64,000 nucleotides of DNA from an uncultured virus (IMG/VR IMGVR_UViG_3300021959_000014) (lineage: Duplodnaviria; Heunggongvirae; Uroviricota; Caudoviricetes). A program made the position numbers and the translations under genes. The stretch lies in IMG/VR virus record IMGVR_UViG_3300021959_000014; one strand, 5' to 3'. Below are positions 58,199 through 64,000 of this stretch, piece after piece; within the stretch, counting starts at the first letter, position 1, and every line of letters begins with the position of its first letter. The notes beneath the pieces were generated by a model. It saw nothing but the letters and a program-made list of their open reading frames with translations, had not been told where the DNA came from and did not search any database.

Positions 58199-59136
58199 GC
58201 TAAAAATGATTGTACTTTAGAGTCTATTTCTCCTACTGAGGAGTGATTTAATTTTTCTTGAAATGTTGGATTGTATATCATATCTACAATATTATCTAGA
58301 ACTTCATCTGCTTTTCCTTTTCTTTTTATATTGCTGTCTCTATACTTTTGAACTGCTGCTTTAAGCTTATCCTGTCCTGGGCCTGCTCCGTTCTTTCTGT
58401 AAGCTTTTAGAAATGCAGTTTTAATTGCTTTGTCTTCTGATCTATTTTCTTTATCCCAATCTATACTACCAACATCTTTTATAAATTGTTGCTCTTCTTC
58501 AGGTGTCATCTCTACTGGTACAAAGAAGGAAGAGCCGCCGACATTATTATCTTGATTAAATTTCTCTAAATAATCTTTTACTCCACTTAAGCCACTTTTA
58601 GCAGCTTTATCAAATCCTTCAACTTCTTTTTTATATTTACCGCCTCTATCACTTACAAAGATAGATAAGTTACCTTTTAACTGTCTGTTAAAGTCTTCTA
58701 TTTTAGTATACACATTTCTCCAGGTAGCAAATACAGAATCGCCAGGAATATTTCTTTCCCTAGCCATAAAGTTAGAAACGTAAGAAATCATAGGGTGAGC
58801 ATACACCATAACCATATAGACCTGGTAGCCTGTTGCAAGTAATTTATCTAGATTTTTTTGGAAGCCTGCTCCGGATGCAGTAGTATCCCAAACAAAGCTA
58901 GTTTTTTCTTCTGCTGCTGCCATTGCGTCTTTGGACGTTTGATTGGCTGCTGGTCCTAGTTTGTTGTAATACGGGTGGTCTTTGTCCTCCACGTACTTGT
59001 CTGGGTTGAATTGTACTAGGCTGTCTAGTCCTAATTGGTTGAGTAGGTACGTTTTCCCTGATCCTGCTCCTCCCGCCATTATTATTGCTTTGGGTGCGGA
59101 TCTGTCCTCTAGTATTAGTGTTGATAATTTTATCAT
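58195..59136 (-). CDS. P-loop kinase (zeta-toxin/AAA_33-like) with MIKLSTLILE leader
   Basis: AIIMAGGAGSGKT Walker A, FNPDKY, FVWDTT, R.R.IP lid motif. Confidence 0.85.
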   Translation of the reverse strand: MIKLSTLILEDRSAPKAIIMAGGAGSGKTYLLNQLGLDSLVQFNPDKYVEDKDHPYYNKLGPAANQTSKDAMAAAEEKTSFVWDTTASGAGFQKNLDKLLATGYQVYMVMVYAHPMISYVSNFMARERNIPGDSVFATWRNVYTKIEDFNRQLKGNLSIFVSDRGGKYKKEVEGFDKAAKSGLSGVKDYLEKFNQDNNVGGSSFFVPVEMTPEEEQQFIKDVGSIDWDKENRSEDKAIKTAFLKAYRKNGAGPGQDKLKAAVQKYRDSNIKRKGKADEVLDNIVDMIYNPTFQEKLNHSSVGEIDSKVQSFLA

Positions 59137-59734
59137 CTGTCGTGTTATTTGTTCTTCGGTTTCTTACTTCTAGTTTAATTATATCTGCAATCTCGTCTAC
59201 TGTTTGAGTTCTTCTTGTAGTTTGTCTTAATCTTCTACCTGAAGGAACTATATTAACACTTCTTCTACCGTACATGTATGTTGCATTCCATCCTCTATTA
59301 TAATTAGGATAATAGTTCCAATTGTGCCATCCGTAGTAGTTATTCCAACCGTAGTTATTATACCCCCATCTGTCGTATCCAAATGGTGACCATCTATGAG
59401 GTGTGATACCCCATGCCCAATCGTTCCACATTTGAGTTCTGTTCCAATAGGGACTATAACCTAACCCGTAGTATGGATTATACCTATTGTACCTGTTACC
59501 TAGAATACGATTATTCCAATCAAATGATATGGGTTGACTTAACGCATATTGAGCAAAGTCAAATCTAAAATTAAAATCTGTTCTTAATAGTCGTTGAAGT
59601 TCAAACTCATTATCTATTACTATTATTTCTGCATCTGATCCTTGTATGCTATAGTTAGGATCGTGATTTAAGGTGCTTACCTGTAAAGAAGAGCATCCTG
59701 TTAATAATACTAGTAAAAATAATAACTTTTTCAT
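58898..59734 (-). CDS. Lipoprotein with a Y/W/G/N-rich middle and R/Q/S-rich tail, overlapping the kinase gene by 239 nt
   Basis: MKKLLFLLVLLTG-C lipobox; the kinase codons in the overlap avoid creating stops in this frame. Confidence 0.8.
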   Translation of the reverse strand: MKKLLFLLVLLTGCSSLQVSTLNHDPNYSIQGSDAEIIVIDNEFELQRLLRTDFNFRFDFAQYALSQPISFDWNNRILGNRYNRYNPYYGLGYSPYWNRTQMWNDWAWGITPHRWSPFGYDRWGYNNYGWNNYYGWHNWNYYPNYNRGWNATYMYGRRSVNIVPSGRRLRQTTRRTQTVDEIADIIKLEVRNRRTNNTTDDKIINTNTRGQIRTQSNNNGGRSRIRENVPTQPIRTRQPSTIQPRQVRGGQRPPVLQQTRTSSQSNVQRRNGSSRRKN

Positions 59735-59737
59735 ACA

Positions 59738-60520
59738 TTATAATTTTAGAGTTGTAGGGTAACTATTATAAATAGGTTCTGTATTAGGGTTCTCTAATGA
59801 ATATAGTTTATATATCATTTTAAACAATTCAAAATTTTCCTCTATTTCATCTATTTGTAATACTTTCCACCCTTTACCTTGTATTACGTTTTTCTGTTTT
59901 GATGGACCTCTAGAATGAGCTTTTAACCATATTATCCCTGTACGTTGTATTTTTATTCCTTTTGCTTCTTCTAAACCTTTTGCATAAGCTGAAAGCTGTA
60001 AATCAAAAGACTTGTGGACTGAATTGGATGTTTTAATATCCAGTAGCCATATTTCTCCGTGCATCTTTACTACCAAGTCTGCTGTTCCTGCATATTTGTG
60101 TTCATCTGACCATACAAAATCTTCAGCAGATATTAATTCCGGCTTATGTGTTCTCCAGAAATCAGCAAACTTTAATATCATTTCCCAAACTATTTGAGAG
60201 TATTTTGCATTGCCGTAATCATCCATCCAGGTAACTTCTTTACCTAGAACTAATTGTTCACATGCTTCATGTACCTGTGTTCCTTGTTTTCCTGCTCGTC
60301 TCATAATAAGATCGGCGTTATGCCCAACATCCTTGAGCCAAGACTCAAAAAATTTGTTTTTGGGCATATACTGAAGTATGGTTGTTACGGACGGGTAATA
60401 TACTCCTTCGCCTCTCTTATAAACTCTTCTATCTAAGAAATTAATCTGCTTTAGTTGGGGATTAAAATCTAATCTTTTCTTTTCATTCTGTTCAAGAATA
60501 TTCATTCCTTGCTTTATCAT
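59738..60520 (-). CDS. PD-(D/E)XK (Cas4/RecB-like) phage exonuclease
   Basis: YPSVTTIL, GTQVH, E, YAGTADL, LLDIKTS, QLSAY. Confidence 0.88.
   Translation of the reverse strand: MIKQGMNILEQNEKKRLDFNPQLKQINFLDRRVYKRGEGVYYPSVTTILQYMPKNKFFESWLKDVGHNADLIMRRAGKQGTQVHEACEQLVLGKEVTWMDDYGNAKYSQIVWEMILKFADFWRTHKPELISAEDFVWSDEHKYAGTADLVVKMHGEIWLLDIKTSNSVHKSFDLQLSAYAKGLEEAKGIKIQRTGIIWLKAHSRGPSKQKNVIQGKGWKVLQIDEIEENFELFKMIYKLYSLENPNTEPIYNSYPTTLKL
59768..59775 (-). promoter_or_regulatory. Possible late promoter CTATTTAT embedded in the exonuclease 3' end, for the lipoprotein
   Basis: About 34 nt upstream of ATG 59734, matching the spacing of the intergenic copies. Confidence 0.4.
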
Positions 60521-61440
60521 AGGTTTAATTTTTGCAGCATTATTTTAGAAAAGTCTAGTTCTGCTGCGTTCTGTACTAATTTAGTAAAGTTTTTAAACCC
60601 TAACTGTGATGGGTCTTTACCTTTTAGCTCTATTAAATAAACTTTAAATCCTGCTGCTATAAATTTTTCAGCTATTTTTAAAGCTGCGTCTTGAGCATCT
60701 TCGTCTAATGCGATATATATGTCTGTAAGACGGCTTGTTATTATTTTTTTATATAGTTCAGTTGATACACTTTTACCAAGAAGCGGTATGGCGTTTCTTT
60801 TAATTGCCATTGCATCAAACACTCCTTCACATAGTATGATTGGAGCATTCCAGTTAATAAGGTTTTCGTAAAATATTATGTCTTTAGAAACTTCAGGATT
60901 TTTGTATTTAAAGAAGTTTCCATCATAGCTTCTTCCAACAAAATAGTTGAGCCTATTGGACTCAGTATAACTTGGCAAAATAACTCGTCCTCCATACTCA
61001 CCAGTTGTGCAGTATCCAATACTATATTTAATAAAATCATTGTCGGTAAGTCCTCGTTCATATAGGTAGTTTTTAACTATATTAGCTACAACTGATGTGT
61101 TTGATGCTTTATATAGTAGTTGATACTCTTTTGGTAGCTCTACTATAGATAGCTGTTTATATTCTATATTTGAACCTTTAGGTAGGTACTTTAGAACTAA
61201 TGCTGCTTCTTCCTTTGGTGTTCTTAGCTGTTTTAGTAATGAGCGTATAGTACGGCCTCTTGTCTGACATACCCAGCACTCCCAAGGGTTATGTCCCTCC
61301 TCGTTAGTTTCCATGTTTATCTCTAACTTGGGTTTTCTATGGTTGCAAAATGGACAGTGAAAAGCGTGGTTTCCTCTAGCTCTCTTATGAGATTTACCCA
61401 AGAGGTTTTCAATAGAACCTAATAAAAAAGAATATTCCAT
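60517..61440 (-). CDS. DnaG-type DNA primase (Zn finger + TOPRIM)
   Basis: CPFCNH...CWVC zinc-binding domain; YLYERG; ILCEGVFDA; IALDEDA; KDP. Confidence 0.9.
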   Translation of the reverse strand: MEYSFLLGSIENLLGKSHKRARGNHAFHCPFCNHRKPKLEINMETNEEGHNPWECWVCQTRGRTIRSLLKQLRTPKEEAALVLKYLPKGSNIEYKQLSIVELPKEYQLLYKASNTSVVANIVKNYLYERGLTDNDFIKYSIGYCTTGEYGGRVILPSYTESNRLNYFVGRSYDGNFFKYKNPEVSKDIIFYENLINWNAPIILCEGVFDAMAIKRNAIPLLGKSVSTELYKKIITSRLTDIYIALDEDAQDAALKIAEKFIAAGFKVYLIELKGKDPSQLGFKNFTKLVQNAAELDFSKIMLQKLNL

Positions 61441-61465
61441 GTAGTTGTCCGTAACTATTATCTTA

Positions 61466-61496
61466 TAATATAAGAAAAATAATTCTAAATATCAAC
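61466..61496 (-). promoter_or_regulatory. Putative early/middle promoter GTTG-N17-TCTTATATTA
   Basis: Second copy of the motif, upstream of the primase; the GTTG lies in the last codons of the kinase-like gene. Confidence 0.6.
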
Positions 61497-61913
61497 TAAT
61501 TTCAGTTTATTTTTTTGATTTACCATTACATTTGATGGTCTTATATCTAGTTCTTCTGGGTCGAGTCCCATCCTTTGTGCTTCAGCTTCAGTTGCTTCAA
61601 TCCATTCTTCAGGAATATCTCCTTTAAATTCTCCTAGCACTTCCATTTGAATTATTCCTAACTTTTCATTAATCTCTTCTACATCGTATATAAAAGCAAA
61701 GTTATTTGTTTTTTTACCTTTAAGTATATGTGCATGTTCTAACTCTATTGAATCAGTTGTTACTTTATAAACTCTACCGTTTAGAAGATATGCAGAGCCG
61801 TAATCTCCTGAGCCTAGATACTTCCCTCCAAGTTCTTTTACTTTCTCTACTTCTTTTTCAAACCCGGGATCGTAGTAAAGAATCTCTCCTAATATTACGT
61901 GTGATAGTCTCAT
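61485..61913 (-). CDS. Minimal protein-kinase-like (PKL fold) protein
   Basis: LGSGDYGSAY Gly-loop, VYK, E in helix C, IQME hinge, LDIRPSNVM catalytic loop, terminal LVDI. Confidence 0.75.
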   Translation of the reverse strand: MRLSHVILGEILYYDPGFEKEVEKVKELGGKYLGSGDYGSAYLLNGRVYKVTTDSIELEHAHILKGKKTNNFAFIYDVEEINEKLGIIQMEVLGEFKGDIPEEWIEATEAEAQRMGLDPEELDIRPSNVMVNQKNKLKLVDI

Positions 61914-61918
61914 ATCTT

Positions 61919-62350
61919 TTAATCTAATGAACCATGTTTACCGGAATGCATATCATCTCCAAATTTACGAGCTTGTTTTGTAAGTACACTTATGTAAATT
62001 GGATGGTCGTCAGATCCTTTAGGACCAGTTCCGTAATAGGAGTTAATTCTTATACCTTCTAAATCATCTCCTTTATCCATATGGGCTTTTACTACTTTAC
62101 CGACTGTTGTGATAACATCACTTTTCCAAGAACCTTCCGGTTTAATTGTTTGTGTATCTTTGCTGGTCTTAAAGATGGTTGTATTAGTAGGTATACTTAT
62201 AGATTTTATAGTACTAGGCATTCTATCTATTGCTTTTTTAAAATCTTCTAAAGTATCAGCTGTGCCTAGCCAGTTAACAGAGTATTTTTTTCCGTTTATA
62301 GTTGAAGCGTCTTCTCTAAAGCCTTCGAATATGATATTAGTTAATTTCAT
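61919..62350 (-). CDS. Hypothetical protein with MKLTNIIFE leader
   Basis: 143 aa, ATGA-coupled to the upstream ORF. Confidence 0.7.
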   Translation of the reverse strand: MKLTNIIFEGFREDASTINGKKYSVNWLGTADTLEDFKKAIDRMPSTIKSISIPTNTTIFKTSKDTQTIKPEGSWKSDVITTVGKVVKAHMDKGDDLEGIRINSYYGTGPKGSDDHPIYISVLTKQARKFGDDMHSGKHGSLD

Positions 62351-62622
62351 TTGCGTTCTATTTTAAGGGTTAAGTCTCCTGTGCCTTTTATTAGCCGGTG
62401 GTACACTTCCTTTGGTATAAATAGCTTGTTATCATCTAAAGAAACGGGAAGGTTATTATCAAATTGAAATTGCCAGTCTGTTTTATGCATTGCTACAACA
62501 TACCGATCCTCTCGGTCTTTGTGCCAAACAAATTCATCTTCATCTGTGTTTTGATTGAAGAATCTAATATCACCGTCATCTAAGTACGGTCTACCAATAT
62601 CCTGAGAAGTTTCTTTTTCCAC
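62347..62622 (-). CDS. Small cupin-like protein (start uncertain, GTG)
   Basis: WHKDREDR and FIPKEVYHRL match the two cupin motifs; no in-frame ATG near the 5' end. Confidence 0.65.
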   Translation of the reverse strand: MEKETSQDIGRPYLDDGDIRFFNQNTDEDEFVWHKDREDRYVVAMHKTDWQFQFDNNLPVSLDDNKLFIPKEVYHRLIKGTGDLTLKIERK

Positions 62623-63760
62623 CTAATGATTTCCAATAACGTCCAATATTACAAGCCCAGTATCCTGGTTTTGTTTTGTCTTTTTTAGTTGCACATTTAT
62701 GACGTGCAGCAAATGATGATCTTGCTCCAGGTTCATCTATCTTAACATTTAAACCTGTTGTACCTCCGAAAGATACTTTTACAACATTCCCTTTTTTATT
62801 CTTTGTGTATACGTAGAATTTTTTAGAACCTCCACGTTTTGGTTTATTTAGAGGTACATCTTTACCTTTGTATTCTGCTTCATCTAATTGACCTTTTATA
62901 GGTAGTTTTCTTTTAGCTATGGCCAGCAAAGCGCTTCTTAACTGTCTTTTCATATTACCTGCTTCCCATTCCCAGTATCCTATGTCTCCTTCTTTCCAAA
63001 AAATCATGTAGTCCTGATCTCTACCTTGTCCAGCTATTTTAATTTTAAATTCACTGTTTCTTAGTTTATGGAAAGGGAATTTTGATTTACGGTGATCGTC
63101 TTTAGTTACAATATACTCAGGTATAGATTTAGCTTCTTTAACTGGTTCTTTTAGGTTTTTAAACCATTTCATTAACTCATCATAAGACATATCGTATGCT
63201 GGGTGATTATCGGTGTCATCAAAGGCTTTTAATTCTGTAGGTTTTGCCTTTAGTAAGGATCGTATAGCTTTGTACCTATTATTAGTTGCATTTATAGTTT
63301 TAGTTGCATTAAATAAATTGTCTTTAGGCAACTTCCATTTTACATCCCAATCTTTTTGAGAAAATGATTCATCTAATGATTTTTCTAAATCTTTTATTTT
63401 TTGGGTTAAAAAAGGCACATTCCCTCCATCATTTGGGTCGGCTATTCTCGCTTTTAATCTATCAATTGTTTGTTGAATAGTTTCTTCCTTATCATATTTA
63501 GATTCTTCTAACATAGGTAAATCTAATGGTACTTTTATTCCTTCATATACTCCATATAGCCCTATATCTGTTGTTTCTATTAACTTTAAATCTTCTTCGT
63601 TAAGTTGAATTTTACCGTCTCTATAAGCGTCTCTTGCTTCAGCAAATAATTGTATAAAGCTATCGCTAGAATAACGGTAGACATTCTCATATAAAGAGAG
63701 ACTGTTATCTATATGGTACTTAAGTGATGGTTTTCCTATTATTTCAGTTAATCTAATCAT
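62591..63760 (-). CDS. Modular protein (389 aa), putative processed head polyprotein with a basic C-terminal VSFG..RH.C..YW domain
   Basis: MIRLTE leader; junctions LEE|S, LDE|S, VKE|A, LDE|A. Confidence 0.75.
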   Translation of the reverse strand: MIRLTEIIGKPSLKYHIDNSLSLYENVYRYSSDSFIQLFAEARDAYRDGKIQLNEEDLKLIETTDIGLYGVYEGIKVPLDLPMLEESKYDKEETIQQTIDRLKARIADPNDGGNVPFLTQKIKDLEKSLDESFSQKDWDVKWKLPKDNLFNATKTINATNNRYKAIRSLLKAKPTELKAFDDTDNHPAYDMSYDELMKWFKNLKEPVKEAKSIPEYIVTKDDHRKSKFPFHKLRNSEFKIKIAGQGRDQDYMIFWKEGDIGYWEWEAGNMKRQLRSALLAIAKRKLPIKGQLDEAEYKGKDVPLNKPKRGGSKKFYVYTKNKKGNVVKVSFGGTTGLNVKIDEPGARSSFAARHKCATKKDKTKPGYWACNIGRYWKSLGGKRNFSGYW

Positions 63761-63766
63761 ATTATA

Positions 63767-64000
63767 TTACTTTTTATTTCTTTCTTGCCACTCTTGTGAT
63801 ATTGAATCTTTTTCAATTGGACCTCCTTTAGCCCAAGTTCTACAGCTTCTTGCGGAATGACATTTAAAATGATGCATCCAACAGTAACCTAGTCTTCCAT
63901 CCTCATCAGATGTAACTCCAGGCATACATTCATCCATCCTCTTGGAGATATCAAAAGCGACGCAGTTACTACAGTTAGTACCTTTTGCTGCTTTTTCTTC
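63767..64000 (-). CDS. Cys-rich protein C-terminus (5'-truncated by the window edge), HiPIP-like Cys spacing
   Basis: Reads EEKAAKGTNCSNCVAFDISKRMDECMPGVTSDEDGRLGYCWMHHFKCHSARSCRTWAKGGPIEKDSISQEWQERNKK*; not in the ORF track. Confidence 0.75.
   Translation of the reverse strand, partial: EEKAAKGTNCSNCVAFDISKRMDECMPGVTSDEDGRLGYCWMHHFKCHSARSCRTWAKGGPIEKDSISQEWQERNKK

Noticed and set aside
59738..60520. Calling the exonuclease a CRISPR Cas4
   Set aside because: No four-Cys cluster and no cas context; it fits a stand-alone phage PD-(D/E)XK exonuclease
60876..61061. 61-aa alternate-frame ORF inside the primase
   Set aside because: Short, no motifs, and no codon distortion like that seen in the 58898-59136 overlap
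35683..61440. Inteins or introns in terminase, portal, capsid or primase
   Set aside because: Lengths are ordinary, motifs are contiguous, and no intein splice motifs or LAGLIDADG/HNH inserts are seen
687..62366. All plus-strand ORFs in the track (e.g. 24583..25062, 48233..48685, 56658..57068)
   Set aside because: Each lies antisense to a longer minus-strand gene, has shadow-type composition (Pro/Ser/Leu/Phe-rich) and no recognisable motifs
1..64000. Stop-codon reassignment
   Set aside because: Genes are intact and tightly packed under code 11; TAG, TGA and TAA all end genes at sensible places (e.g. the capsid gene ends in TAG before its terminator)
1..64000. tRNA, rRNA or CRISPR array
   Set aside because: Intergenic gaps are short; no cloverleaf or repeat-spacer pattern seen; all repeats found are coding

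Overview
This window is part of a large, AT-rich lytic tailed phage genome with a T4-superfamily head module. Every credible gene is on the minus strand. In transcription order (right to left) it holds: (i) a mixed block of small and modular proteins with a DnaG-type primase, PD-(D/E)XK exonuclease, lipoprotein, P-loop kinase, nucleotidyltransferase/zincin fusion and HAD nucleotidase; (ii) head morphogenesis genes (terminase large subunit, portal, prohead protease, scaffold, gp23-like major capsid) interleaved with long modular proteins; (iii) PhoH and gp13/14/15-like neck genes; and (iv) about 31 kb of fiber/receptor-binding genes, comprising three GxVGIGT-repeat fibers, a discoidin spike, six tandem LamG paralogs and a collagen-like protein. 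The lack of Shine-Dalgarno sites, the TTG..TAnnTT promoters and the lipoprotein type suggest a Bacteroidota host (inference). The main candidate novel system is a set of roughly 15-20 non-structural-looking genes with short N-terminal leaders ending in (L/I/V)-x-E. Several of these are long chains of unrelated mini-domains joined by single or doubled (L/I/V/M)-x-E sites, the motif that T4 gp21-type prohead proteases cut. They look like head-packaged polyproteins processed into many injected effectors. Other highlights are a 239-nt same-strand gene overlap with a clear codon signature, a late-promoter-like motif that is the reverse complement of the T4 late promoter, structured 5' leaders, a minimal protein kinase and a HiPIP-like Cys motif. 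All functional calls come from motif reading only; no database searches were run.
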